A stretch of DNA of 64,000 nt, taken from NCBI GenBank assembly GCA_963674595.2, contig CAXXFV010000036.1, positions 15,496 through 79,495 of the forward strand. Reading direction: 5' to 3'. The position numbers and the translations under genes were made by a program. Shown piece after piece: positions 30,388 through 40,766 of the stretch. A model generated the notes under the pieces. That model was not told the DNA's origin, did no database searches, and worked only from the letters and a program-made list of their open reading frames with translations. This DNA comes from a bacterium. GTDB taxonomy: Bacteria > Zhuqueibacterota > Zhuqueibacteria > Residuimicrobiales > Krinioviventaceae. Every line of letters starts with the position of its first letter. The first letter of the stretch is position 1.

Positions 30388-31150
30388 TGTGAATGATATA
30401 AAAAGATATGAGCTCAAATATCTGATTTCGGAAGAACTTGCCTGGCAAATTCGCGATTATATTAAGAATATTTGCAGCTTGGACAAACATGTGCCACCGG
30501 GATTAAACGGTTATGTTGTTAATAATTTTTATTTTGATACCCCTGATCTAAAATTTTATTATGATACCAAATTTCGCAAATTAACACGCTATAAACCCCG
30601 TGCCCGATTTTATGGTGATCAGGCATCTGATTTTATATGGCTTGAAATTAAATACAGGAACTCGAGCATTATCTGGAAAAAACGTTTCCGTATTCCTGTT
30701 GATTTGTGGCCGAATCTTTTTACAGAACGAGAGTCAAATAATTATGAACCGGTTTGTAAAAACCAGATAGATGCTTTTAATGACCTGGTTTATTGGTACA
30801 ATGCTCAACCGGTTTTACATGTTCGTTATTTTCGTGAGCCTTATGTAACTGAACTTGATGATTATGGCCGTGTTACGTTTGACCGCCGTTTGTGCTGTCG
30901 CTCCTTAAAAGGCTCCTGCGATTTAAAATATGATGAAAGTGATATGATATATTATGATGATCCTGTTACCAGTAAAAATTATGATTCGGTTGTTTTGCTG
31001 GAAATAAAAGTAGAGACGTTAATACCTGCCTGGGCTATAGAGTTGATTCAAATGTTTAATTTAACGCAACGGTCCTATTCAAAATACTGTTATGGGATCG
31101 ATTATTTTATAAACTATAATGAAAATGGACGGATCGCAGTTTTGGCTTAG
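30377..31150 (+). CDS. VTC-domain (polyphosphate polymerase/CYTH-like tunnel) protein
   Basis: KRYELKY, YFDTP, KPRARFY, WLEIK, RVTFD, LLEIK and YSKY motifs. Confidence 0.88.
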   Translation: MLNDVNDIKRYELKYLISEELAWQIRDYIKNICSLDKHVPPGLNGYVVNNFYFDTPDLKFYYDTKFRKLTRYKPRARFYGDQASDFIWLEIKYRNSSIIWKKRFRIPVDLWPNLFTERESNNYEPVCKNQIDAFNDLVYWYNAQPVLHVRYFREPYVTELDDYGRVTFDRRLCCRSLKGSCDLKYDESDMIYYDDPVTSKNYDSVVLLEIKVETLIPAWAIELIQMFNLTQRSYSKYCYGIDYFINYNENGRIAVLA

Positions 31151-31257
31151 CCTGCCATACCAATTATTTGGATAAAATATTTTAATTACATTAAGATATT
31201 ATGTTGGTTTTTCTTGCTTGAAATTTATGATTTTTATTTAAAAAAAAGATAAAATTC

Positions 31258-31290
31258 TTAAAAAAAACGCAAGATTTATCAATTTGGTCT
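31258..31290 (+). promoter_or_regulatory. shared upstream motif, copy 2
   Basis: TTAAAAAAAACGCAAGATTTATCAATTTGGTCT. Confidence 0.4.
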
Positions 31291-31422
31291 GTTTAATAAT
31301 TCAATGCCTTAGCTAAATGAAACATGTCTAAAGGGATTGTCTTTATTTTTTTTAAGAGAAATAATCTATTTCTATGCTGTTAACTTTTTTCCAACCAAGG
31401 ATTAACAATAAGAGAGGAAATT

Positions 31423-32595
31423 ATGGCAATTATTACAAACAAATTTTATTCTCAAATGGACTCTGGTGATCTGTTAAATAAAGACCGGATGATGCCGGGA
31501 AATACTAAATTGTCCGTGTCCCAACCCCAAAAAAACTTTTTCATGCAAACGACAAAACAGGGATTTGCAAGAATCCTTAAAACCCTGGCAGCCTTTTCTC
31601 TTATCTTTATTATGATAGCAGGATGTTCAGATGGTGACAATGATGATGATGACCTTGTTGGTAACTGGATAGAGTTGTCAGATTTTGAGGGTGTGCCCCG
31701 GTCGGATGCTGTTGTTTTTACAATTGGTACAAAAGCCTATGTCGGCACCGGTTTTGATGGTGATGACCGGCTTACTGATTTTTGGGAATATGATTCTGAA
31801 CTCAATAATTGGACACAAAAAGAGGATTTTCCCGGAGTGGCCAGGAACGGTGCGGTTGGTTTTGGAGCGGCCGGTAAAGGATATATTGGTACCGGTTATG
31901 ATGGCGCTGAACGGCTGAATGATTTTTATGAATTTGATCCCGATTCAAACACCTGGAAAAGAATTGCCGATTTTGGAGGAACTGCCAGATATGGGGCTGT
32001 TGCTTTTTCTATTGATGATAAAGGCTATGTTGGTACCGGAGATGACGGTAATTTTTTAAAGGACTTTTGGGAGTATGACCCTACCTCTGGTGAATGGACA
32101 CAAATTATCAGCCTAGGAGGAGGAAAACGTCGAGACGCTGTTGCATTTGTCATTGATCGCAAAGCCTATGTTTGTACCGGCATAAACAATGGTGTCTATG
32201 AAAATGACTTTTGGGTTTTTGATCCTTCTACAAATGAATGGACTAAAAAACGCCCGATTTCAAATGCTTCTGATGATGACTATGATGACGATTATTCGGG
32301 AATTGTAGGCATAAATAAGGTTGCCTTTTCTGTAAACGGAAGAGGATACGTCGCTACAGGCGGTGCCGGAACAACAGGAGCAGTTGTATGGGAATATGTC
32401 CCGTCAACAGATTTATGGTACCAAAAAACATCTGTAGAGGCTACGGCACGGATCGAGGCTTTAGGCTTTGCAATAGGAGATTTGGGATACGTTACAACTG
32501 GAAGAAACTCTAGTTACTATTTTGATGATTTGTGGGGATTTAAGCCATATGACGAACAAAAAGACCTTGATAAAACATCTATTGTCGGTCCTTAA
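31423..32595 (+). CDS. Kelch-repeat beta-propeller lipoprotein (alternative start at 31543)
   Basis: Six repeats of R..AV.F.I..K.YVGTG..DFWEYD...W; lipobox IAG-C. Confidence 0.88.
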   Translation: MAIITNKFYSQMDSGDLLNKDRMMPGNTKLSVSQPQKNFFMQTTKQGFARILKTLAAFSLIFIMIAGCSDGDNDDDDLVGNWIELSDFEGVPRSDAVVFTIGTKAYVGTGFDGDDRLTDFWEYDSELNNWTQKEDFPGVARNGAVGFGAAGKGYIGTGYDGAERLNDFYEFDPDSNTWKRIADFGGTARYGAVAFSIDDKGYVGTGDDGNFLKDFWEYDPTSGEWTQIISLGGGKRRDAVAFVIDRKAYVCTGINNGVYENDFWVFDPSTNEWTKKRPISNASDDDYDDDYSGIVGINKVAFSVNGRGYVATGGAGTTGAVVWEYVPSTDLWYQKTSVEATARIEALGFAIGDLGYVTTGRNSSYYFDDLWGFKPYDEQKDLDKTSIVGP

Positions 32596-32682
32596 TCGTA
32601 GATAACATTTTACTCAACACGATTAATGCACAATAAAAGTATAAATTCTCGATGAATTTAAAGCATTTAACATGAGAGAAAT

Positions 32683-34002
32683 ATGGCCTATAACAGTACT
32701 GCACCGGGAAATAACTATAACAAATTAATTATATTGTTTTTATTTATATCCGGTCTGTTTCTAAAAGCTTGTGATCAAAATCCTACAGATATTACACTTG
32801 GCGAAGAATTTGTTGAAACTCAGTCAGACCTGGCTTTAATAGACACATTTTCAGTAAATCTTTCTACAATAATTTTTGATGATGTTGAAACATCCGGCAC
32901 CTCAGAAATTTTAATCGGAAATTATCGTGATGATGTTGTGGGTAGAATAACAAGCCATAGTTATTTTGAACTGGGAATACCCAGTGTTGATGATATTTAT
33001 AATGATGACACCTATGATTCATTGAATTTGGTTATAACCTATAATGGGTATTCATTTGGTGATACAACCCAATATCAAAAAATTTCTGTTCATCAATTAA
33101 CTGAAAATATCAAACTCGATGAGGATGAGATTATTACCAGTAATACTCAATTTAATTATAATCCTGCCCCGATCGGTTCTATTATTTATACTCCGGTCCC
33201 AAACGGAACGGTTGATACACTCGCTATCAAAATAAGTGATGAAATTGGTTTGGAATTGTTTGAAATGTTAAAAGATGATTCGGAAACGTTGACCGAAAAT
33301 GAACTATTTAAAAATTATTTTCATGGTTTGGCGTTGATTGCCGATGAAAATTATAATGGTGCTATTGTTGGATTTAATGCCAGTTCGGTTGATGCGAATC
33401 TTGTCTTGTATACGACAAGAACATCCCCAAGTTTAGAACGAATTAATTATAAATTTGGATTAAGCGACACAGACCAGCAATTTAATAATATTATCCATGA
33501 TTTTACATCAACTCAATTTAGTCTTTTAACAGAACAAAGAAACGAGTTACCATCTGTAAATAGCAATGGGATGTCTGTTTTGCAGGGCGGAATTGGTCTG
33601 GCAATACGGGTAGATTTTCCATACTTGAAAGAGATCTTGCTCAATGAGCATGGTTTTGTTATGAAAGCGGAACTTGCCATCAGTCCACTGCAAAACAGCT
33701 ATAACGATTCTGACCTTCCTTCAACATTAAATATCTGTGCTGTTGATAAGCAAAATGAAGAGATTACTGTTACTATTTCATCATCAACACTTTCAATTGA
33801 TGAGCTTTACAATGAAGATACAGAATATATTTTCGATCTCACGGAATATTTAAATTATGATCTAAAGGACTCTTATATAAATCCGGAGAATGGATTTATT
33901 ATAACACTGCCCTCTGAAAGCCAAATATCATCTTTTGAGCGGTTGATTGCAGATGCCAAAAATAACAAACCTAAACTTTTAATTTATTATTTATCTTATT
34001 GA
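32683..34002 (+). CDS. DUF4270-like acidic lipoprotein
   Basis: Lipobox LKA-C; IDTFSV, GNYRDDVVG, YDSL and FKNYFHGLAL motifs; typical Kelch-DUF4270-OMP gene order. Confidence 0.7.
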   Translation: MAYNSTAPGNNYNKLIILFLFISGLFLKACDQNPTDITLGEEFVETQSDLALIDTFSVNLSTIIFDDVETSGTSEILIGNYRDDVVGRITSHSYFELGIPSVDDIYNDDTYDSLNLVITYNGYSFGDTTQYQKISVHQLTENIKLDEDEIITSNTQFNYNPAPIGSIIYTPVPNGTVDTLAIKISDEIGLELFEMLKDDSETLTENELFKNYFHGLALIADENYNGAIVGFNASSVDANLVLYTTRTSPSLERINYKFGLSDTDQQFNNIIHDFTSTQFSLLTEQRNELPSVNSNGMSVLQGGIGLAIRVDFPYLKEILLNEHGFVMKAELAISPLQNSYNDSDLPSTLNICAVDKQNEEITVTISSSTLSIDELYNEDTEYIFDLTEYLNYDLKDSYINPENGFIITLPSESQISSFERLIADAKNNKPKLLIYYLSY

Positions 34003-34014
34003 GATCTGTCCATT

Positions 34015-35250
34015 ATGAATAAAAAATATTTCATTGTGCTTTTTTTTGCATTTTTTACATTTTGTGTGGTTCATACGTCAAAGGCACAATTTACAAATTC
34101 GGTTTACTCAATGTATGGGATTGGACAAATAATTGATAACGGTTTTGGCGTCAACAAGTCTCTTGGCGGTACAGGAATCGCTTTTCAAACCGGACGAACT
34201 TTTAATTATTTAAATCCTGCATCGTATCTGGGAATTCCAACCGGTTCATATAATATGGAAATAGGTGTCGTTGGAATTTTGAACAGATCCAAAAACACAA
34301 AAACTTTTCAAACTGTTAGTAATATTAATTTCAGCCATTGTTCTGTCGGTTTGTGTTTTACGGACAAATGGGCATTAACTCTTGGTATACTTCCCTATAG
34401 TATGGTTGATTATGAAATATATTCCAGTGATCAAATTGAGGGTGAACCTGTTTCATTTGAAAAAAAATATACGGGAAGCGGTGGACTCTCTAAATTTTTT
34501 ATGGGAAATTCATTTAAACTATTTAAAGGTTTGGCCGTCGGTTTCAACACATCTTTTATCAATGGGCCAATTTCCCATTCCGAAATTGCGTTAAGCAGCG
34601 GCGGTTTTTCAGGATATGAGCTTGTGAATGATTATACGGCCAATGCTTTTTATTTGGATTATGGTGTTCAATACTCTGTTGATAAGGATGATTGGCAATA
34701 TACGATTGGTATGGTTTATGGCCCGGGTAAAAAGTTGAATACCATAAATAATTTAGAGTTTACCTATAACGATGAAACGACATATCTAAGGGAGGATAGC
34801 TCCATATATGCTATCAGTATCCCGGAAAGTTTCGGTATTGGTTTGGCTGTTAAATATAGTTATCATTTTCGGGCCGGAATTGACTACAAGTGGAACAGAT
34901 GGTCTGATATAAATTTTTCAAATCCGAATTTTGATACAAAAAACAGCAATCGATTTTCATTCGGTATGGAGTACGTTCCCGGTGATTATAGCGTCTGGTA
35001 TAAGAGGTTCTTTTATCGGTTTGGTGCGTTTTATAAAAATTCATATCTTGAACTGGATAATAACCAAATCAATTCTTATGGTCTTTCTTTTGGTCTTGGT
35101 CTTCCCAACAGAATTTTGAGTGATTTAAATATGTCTCTGGAATATGGACAGGAGGGAACAACCGATAACAACCTGATTAAAAATCATTATTGGATGTTGG
35201 ACGTCAGTTTTTCTGTTTCAGAGTTTTTCGTAAAACGTAAAAGAAAATAA
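34015..35250 (+). CDS. outer membrane beta-barrel, FadL/PorV-like family
   Basis: Signal peptide; SVYSMYGIG, NYLNPAS, GILPYS..DY and GSGGLS motifs; amphipathic strands. Confidence 0.78.
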   Translation: MNKKYFIVLFFAFFTFCVVHTSKAQFTNSVYSMYGIGQIIDNGFGVNKSLGGTGIAFQTGRTFNYLNPASYLGIPTGSYNMEIGVVGILNRSKNTKTFQTVSNINFSHCSVGLCFTDKWALTLGILPYSMVDYEIYSSDQIEGEPVSFEKKYTGSGGLSKFFMGNSFKLFKGLAVGFNTSFINGPISHSEIALSSGGFSGYELVNDYTANAFYLDYGVQYSVDKDDWQYTIGMVYGPGKKLNTINNLEFTYNDETTYLREDSSIYAISIPESFGIGLAVKYSYHFRAGIDYKWNRWSDINFSNPNFDTKNSNRFSFGMEYVPGDYSVWYKRFFYRFGAFYKNSYLELDNNQINSYGLSFGLGLPNRILSDLNMSLEYGQEGTTDNNLIKNHYWMLDVSFSVSEFFVKRKRK

Positions 35251-35307
35251 CAGCGATGTTTTTGCAGAAACAAAATACTTTTGACGGTCTCTGAATATTT
35301 AATATAA

Positions 35308-36114
35308 TCAGAGATCATCAAAAGTATAAAAATGTAATCCTGTTTTTTGTGCATAGGCAAGTAATTTTTCCAAAGGCTCAATGGCGATATAATTTTTAGG
35401 GCCTCTAGTTTCCGGATTTCGAATATCGTGTGCGTACAGCACAACTATTTCATCATTTTTAAACGCTCTGTCCATCCCCTCGTAACTTTGGACCAATATT
35501 TCATCATCAAGGGTATGTGGTTGGCACGAACTGCCGTAAAGGCATCCGGCTTTTGCAATATCCTGTATTTTCATAAATATTTTATTGTTATGAACAAGGC
35601 CCTTATTTTTCAGGTTTGAACCACTTCGCAGGTGACGAAAATATTTCAATAAAGTTGTGTCTGTGCTGTCGTCATTATTACTCATGGGATAGGCAAAACA
35701 TGTGGGGAAGAAACCATTATCTTTCATTATATCAATGGCAGGAATAATTTCATCCTCAATATATTTTGCCATTCCAAACTCTTTATAATATTCAACGGCC
35801 CTGCGGTGTCGTAAACCATGACAACCGATGGCATGCCCCGCTTGTTCAAGATTTTTCAGAGCTTTAATTTGTTCCGGCGAAAGTTTATCAAATTTATCAA
35901 TGAAAAAAGTTACGTGTGCGCCATACTTTTTAAATAATGGAATTTGTTTTTCCCAATTTATCATGTTACAATCATCGAATGTCAACAATACACCGGGTTT
36001 TGTAATAAGCGTTGTAGGAGTTGAATCAACAGGTCCTGCTGCAAAACTTGAACTAAATAAAAAAATGCAGATTAGCATGACCTGAAATATTTTAATGAAT
36101 TTATCTTTAATCAA
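35308..36114 (-). CDS. polysaccharide deacetylase (NodB/CE4-like), exported
   Basis: LTFDD, IGCHGLRH, FAYP and LYAH motifs; signal peptide. Confidence 0.78.
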   Translation of the reverse strand: MIKDKFIKIFQVMLICIFLFSSSFAAGPVDSTPTTLITKPGVLLTFDDCNMINWEKQIPLFKKYGAHVTFFIDKFDKLSPEQIKALKNLEQAGHAIGCHGLRHRRAVEYYKEFGMAKYIEDEIIPAIDIMKDNGFFPTCFAYPMSNNDDSTDTTLLKYFRHLRSGSNLKNKGLVHNNKIFMKIQDIAKAGCLYGSSCQPHTLDDEILVQSYEGMDRAFKNDEIVVLYAHDIRNPETRGPKNYIAIEPLEKLLAYAQKTGLHFYTFDDL

Positions 36115-36147
36115 TTATCAGGTTCCATTTGAAATCGTGAAAAAAAT

Positions 36148-38304
36148 TTAAAAATTCCATGTGGGTATTGGCGTTCCTTTTGAAAATACTTCTTCTACAT
36201 AGCAGCCTGTCTCTGGTGCCGGATGTGCACTGCCCTCAATTTCACCATTATCCACAATTCGAAAAGTCAGAATACTGTGCCATTTTTCATCCGCTAACCG
36301 AACAATTGCCGAATTGGGATGATCAATGCGCCACCAGGACCCGCTAGGCGCCGGACCAAATTCTTTTTTAGCATCACAGGCAACCATCCTGCATTCAAGC
36401 GCTGTCCGGGTTTCATTAATAGGCCAAATAGAAAGCACATCACGAACCCTTCTTAAAGGCGGCGTGTTTGCACAAATGAATGGTGTTCCATCAGCAGCAC
36501 AGTTTATTGAAACAGGAGAGCGGGAACGTCGATTCTTTTCGTAAAGGACCTGGTTCCAGGTTTCTCCATTATCAATAGATCGCCATACACCAATGTCAAA
36601 GGCTATAGTCGGAATGGCCCGATCGGAACTTCGGGCTGAGAACAACAAATTGCCATCGGCTTCCCGAATAAGACTTGGTTCAGACCATGTGACCGAATCT
36701 CCCGTAACCGGTGTGAATGAAACCGGTCGCCAACCTTTAGCGCCATACTGCCATCTTGTAACGCCGGCCACGGCAATGCCGTTCACTCTTGAAATCATGA
36801 CATACAACAGATCTTTACCGTCAGGAATGGCGTTTGTGACAAAATTTCCAACGAGTTTCCAGTCAGATAGTAACGTTGCTTCGTCCACAGGTTGTTTTTC
36901 TGTGACTTTGAATATTTTGCCATCATAAGCAAACTGAAACATCATGGCGTATCGTTCGGTATAGTTTCGATAGTCAAAACGGCCCTCTTTATCAGAGTTG
37001 TGCTTTATCGCCCAACACATGCCGAATCCAGTACCTGCATAAGGATGAGGTGTACCATCCTCTAATTTTGCACCAATTGGTACAAAACCACCCAAAACAG
37101 GTCCCTTGCGCACAATATAGTGGCCGGTTTTAGGATGCCGACCTGTTTCGTAACGGGAAATTCCAATCGCGTTATCGGGTTTGATATTTGAAAGATCATC
37201 AAAGACAACGACGTCCGTACCTATTTCAAAATCAATATTTCCCGATCCTTCTTTTCGCACATTACACAATAATGCCACCTCGGTTGGGCTTATTTGTAAC
37301 GGAAATCCCAAACCATATCGCCAAATTTCGTTTTTTGGAACGTTACTCGGCGAAATAAGGTCTGCTTTCCCATGAGTAAGACCGGTAATACCTGTCGCTC
37401 TGTTATTCAGACTTTTTTGATATGTTTGTAATTGTCTGGTTTCCTCTTGTTGCCGGGCTTGCAGTTTTTTTTGTTTATCCTCAAAAATTTTATCAGTTTG
37501 TTTTTTTAAATTATTTTCAATTGTGGTCGTTTCCTGTTTTGTCAATTTTTCATCCTTGAAAACAAAACGTCCAAAATTTTCAGACTCGTCAAATTCGGAA
37601 TTGACCGGTGACCAACTTGTTTTACGATCTTCGGGACAAATAATGGTTATTATGTTACGACCAATATTGCCCAGCCATACTGTATTTGGTTCGGGTGTTG
37701 TCTGTAATTTTTTAAATGGAATTTTAACTTCCATACTAAAAAAGTCTTTAGCAATATACGTTTTTGCTTCCCAATCGTCTAAGGCAGTCGTTTCTTTTTT
37801 AATACTTTCTCCACTCCAACGAGATCCAATTGCATTAATAATAAAATGGTGTACTGTTTTATTATTATCTGTTTGCAGCAATAATTCTATGCCGTCATCT
37901 TTATTAAAAGTATTTATATCTTTTTTTGTTTCAAGCTGTTTAACCCAGGGCTCCATACATTTTACGGCTACATAAAGATTCAGTGAATCATAGCCCATTT
38001 TGAAAAAAGTTTGTTTGGTGGGAGGAAAATTCATGTCGAATTCTTTGATAAATTCCGTTGTAAAACTGGTTTCAACCGGAATGTTCTGCCAGGCTTTATC
38101 ACTTTCTATTTTACCATCGAGGTGTGGCGCTATATCAAGTTTGTAACAGGGATATGTCCTTTGCACTTTATTCCCGGAACATGCCGTCATAATTAACAGA
38201 ATAATTAATGCTGATTTTGTATACCAATTTAATGCATTTTTTAGATAATTCAATAATAGTCCTTTCGGTTGATGGTTTAAAAAGGTTGTGTCAGGAACAG
38301 ACAA
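36148..38304 (-). CDS. lipoprotein with a CBM9-like domain, charged linker and Asp-box (sialidase-fold-like) domain; start may be TTG 38253
   Basis: MTA-C lipobox-like; PHLDG..W, YDSLNLYVAVKC, DGIE and EVKIPF (CBM9-like); WSEPS and WRSIDNGETW Asp-box. Confidence 0.6.
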   Translation of the reverse strand: MSVPDTTFLNHQPKGLLLNYLKNALNWYTKSALIILLIMTACSGNKVQRTYPCYKLDIAPHLDGKIESDKAWQNIPVETSFTTEFIKEFDMNFPPTKQTFFKMGYDSLNLYVAVKCMEPWVKQLETKKDINTFNKDDGIELLLQTDNNKTVHHFIINAIGSRWSGESIKKETTALDDWEAKTYIAKDFFSMEVKIPFKKLQTTPEPNTVWLGNIGRNIITIICPEDRKTSWSPVNSEFDESENFGRFVFKDEKLTKQETTTIENNLKKQTDKIFEDKQKKLQARQQEETRQLQTYQKSLNNRATGITGLTHGKADLISPSNVPKNEIWRYGLGFPLQISPTEVALLCNVRKEGSGNIDFEIGTDVVVFDDLSNIKPDNAIGISRYETGRHPKTGHYIVRKGPVLGGFVPIGAKLEDGTPHPYAGTGFGMCWAIKHNSDKEGRFDYRNYTERYAMMFQFAYDGKIFKVTEKQPVDEATLLSDWKLVGNFVTNAIPDGKDLLYVMISRVNGIAVAGVTRWQYGAKGWRPVSFTPVTGDSVTWSEPSLIREADGNLLFSARSSDRAIPTIAFDIGVWRSIDNGETWNQVLYEKNRRSRSPVSINCAADGTPFICANTPPLRRVRDVLSIWPINETRTALECRMVACDAKKEFGPAPSGSWWRIDHPNSAIVRLADEKWHSILTFRIVDNGEIEGSAHPAPETGCYVEEVFSKGTPIPTWNF

Positions 38305-38328
38305 TATTATTTTATAAGAGTAATTCTT

Positions 38329-40641
38329 CTAGTTTTCATTACTCAATGAATAGGGCGCATTTTCCGGTTTACTCGCCCAGTTTATATTCGGATTTTTATC
38401 CAGGTTAAAAACTAATTCGCCTCCGTTTTGTATGTCTTTATACCGGATATAGCTTTGATTATAGCTTTTGCCGTTCAAGCCGGCTGATTGGATATAACAA
38501 TTTTGGGCTGAATTGTTTTTCGCTGTAATAACAAATTCTTTACCGTTTTCCAGTTTTAATACTGCTTTGTCAAATAGCGGACTGCCGATGACATACTGAT
38601 CAATACTTGGGGTCACCGGATAAAATCCCAGTGAACTGAATACATACCAGGCTGATGTTTGGCCGTTATCTTCATCGCCGCAATAGCCATCCGGATTGGG
38701 TGTGTAAAAGGTTGTCAGCACTTTTCTAATTTTTTCCTGTGTTTTATAGGGCGCTCCCGCATAATTATATAGATATATCATGTGTTGAATGGGTTGGTTC
38801 CCATGGGCGTAATTACCCATGTTTAATATTTGCATTTCTCTGATTTCATGAATTGTGAAACCATAATAAGAATCATCAAAGTCCGGCGGCATTTCAAACA
38901 CATTATCCAATTGTTTTATAAAATTTTGATTGCCGCCCATCAAATTTATGAGTCCGTTTATGTCATGAAAAACAGACCATGTATAGTGCAAACTGTTTCC
39001 TTCTGTAAAAGCGCCACCCCATTTTAACGGATTAAAGGGGCTTTGAAATGTTCCGTCTTTATTTTTGCCTCTCATTAAATTTGTCGAAGGATCGAACAGA
39101 TTTTTATAATTCTGAGATTGTTCATAATACTTTTTGGCAATTTCATCTTTACCCAATTTTCCCGCTATTTTTGCAATCGTAAAATCAGCAAAAGCATATT
39201 CCAACGTTTGCGCTGCGTTTTCTTTAATGCCGACATCATAGGGAATATAACCGATTGTGTTGTAATATTGCAGACCTACACGTCCGACTGACGGGACGGG
39301 TCTGCCTTCGGATACGGTCGCGTTTTTTAAAACAGCTTCAAAAAGCACATCGATGTCTTTGTCAAAGACGCCTTTTAAATAGGCATCGGCAATGATTGTG
39401 GCGGAATTTGAACCTACCATACACCACCTGTGCCCTGGACTGGCCCATTCGGGCAGCCACCCGGATTCTTTATATGTGTTTACCAGTCCTTTCATAATAT
39501 TGCTGTTTACGTCCTGATACATCATGTTGAAAAATGGAAAGACGGCCCTAAACGTATCCCAAAACCCGTTATCCGTAAACATATATCCGGGTAATACCTG
39601 GCCGTTATATGGGCTGTAATGCACAATATCATTTTCAGCGTTAATTTCATAAAATTTTCTCGGAAACAATAACATTCTATACAAACAGGAATAAAAAGTT
39701 CTGATATGGTCAATATTTCTGTCTTTAATTAAAATTCTGCCCAATTCCTTTTCCCAGGCCAGTTTGGCTTTTTCTTTGGTCCGGTCAAAAGAATCCTGAC
39801 CGATTTCTCTGTTCAGATTAAGCTTGGCCTGTTCCGGGCTGATAAATGAAGAGGCAACCTTTACATGGATAACCTGGCCTTTTTGAGTGTTGAATCCGAT
39901 AATGGCGCCTACATGTTCTCCTTCACTGTTCAATTTGTTTTTTTGTAACTTCCAGTTATCTCCCCATGTATGTGTAATTTCGAATTCCGTATCAAATTCA
40001 GCTACAAAATAGTTTTTAAAATTATCGGGCACACCGGCCTTGTAATTTCTGCAGTATCCGATGATCTTTTTTTCCTGGGGAATAATTTTAACCATAGAGC
40101 CTTTAAAAAATCCATCCAATAAAATATATGAATGTTCTGATTCGGGAAAAGTGAATTTGAAATGTGCTGCACGTTCCGTTGGACTTGTTTCCACAGTGAC
40201 ATCATAGTCCGCCAGATATGCCTTGTAATAATGGGGTTTGGCAATTTCCGCCTTGTGAGAAAACCAGGATTCACGTTCATCTTCTTTGTATTTCAATTCT
40301 CCTGTAACTGCCATTAAAGAAAAAGCTGCATAATCATTTATCCACGGACTGGGTTGATGTGTTTGTTTGATGCCTCTTATTTTATTCTCATCATACTTGT
40401 ATGTCCAGCCGTCACCCATTTTTGAAGTCATGGGTGTCCAGAAATTCATTCCCCAGGGAACAGCTATGGCCGGATAGGTATTGCCATTTGAAAGACTAAA
40501 CTCAGAGTCAGTCCCCATTAACGGATTTACATAATCGAGTAATGAAAAATCAGAATTATAGTAATTGTTATCCTTTTCGTTCCTTTGACATGAGATACAT
40601 GAAAGAACAAGTAAAATAATGAGAATGCCTTTGTAATTCAT
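38329..40641 (-). CDS. GH92 alpha-mannosidase lipoprotein
   Basis: YVNPLMGT, GNTYP, HQPSPWINDY, GFWDTFR, FTEGN, HGNQP and GDEDNGQTSAWY motifs. Confidence 0.95.
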   Translation of the reverse strand: MNYKGILIILLVLSCISCQRNEKDNNYYNSDFSLLDYVNPLMGTDSEFSLSNGNTYPAIAVPWGMNFWTPMTSKMGDGWTYKYDENKIRGIKQTHQPSPWINDYAAFSLMAVTGELKYKEDERESWFSHKAEIAKPHYYKAYLADYDVTVETSPTERAAHFKFTFPESEHSYILLDGFFKGSMVKIIPQEKKIIGYCRNYKAGVPDNFKNYFVAEFDTEFEITHTWGDNWKLQKNKLNSEGEHVGAIIGFNTQKGQVIHVKVASSFISPEQAKLNLNREIGQDSFDRTKEKAKLAWEKELGRILIKDRNIDHIRTFYSCLYRMLLFPRKFYEINAENDIVHYSPYNGQVLPGYMFTDNGFWDTFRAVFPFFNMMYQDVNSNIMKGLVNTYKESGWLPEWASPGHRWCMVGSNSATIIADAYLKGVFDKDIDVLFEAVLKNATVSEGRPVPSVGRVGLQYYNTIGYIPYDVGIKENAAQTLEYAFADFTIAKIAGKLGKDEIAKKYYEQSQNYKNLFDPSTNLMRGKNKDGTFQSPFNPLKWGGAFTEGNSLHYTWSVFHDINGLINLMGGNQNFIKQLDNVFEMPPDFDDSYYGFTIHEIREMQILNMGNYAHGNQPIQHMIYLYNYAGAPYKTQEKIRKVLTTFYTPNPDGYCGDEDNGQTSAWYVFSSLGFYPVTPSIDQYVIGSPLFDKAVLKLENGKEFVITAKNNSAQNCYIQSAGLNGKSYNQSYIRYKDIQNGGELVFNLDKNPNINWASKPENAPYSLSNEN

Positions 40642-40766
40642 TTGTACGCCTTAAAATTATTTGAATGATATATGGTTTTTTATTTCAGAATAACTAGAGC
40701 AGCACATTGTTTTAATGAGATAATATACAGTTTCAAGAGTGATAGCCGGTAAATATTATATTAATA

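Noticed and set aside
31660-32540. Periodic nucleotide similarity that could mimic a repeat array
   Set aside because: These are Kelch coding repeats, with no identical repeats or unique spacers and no cas genes
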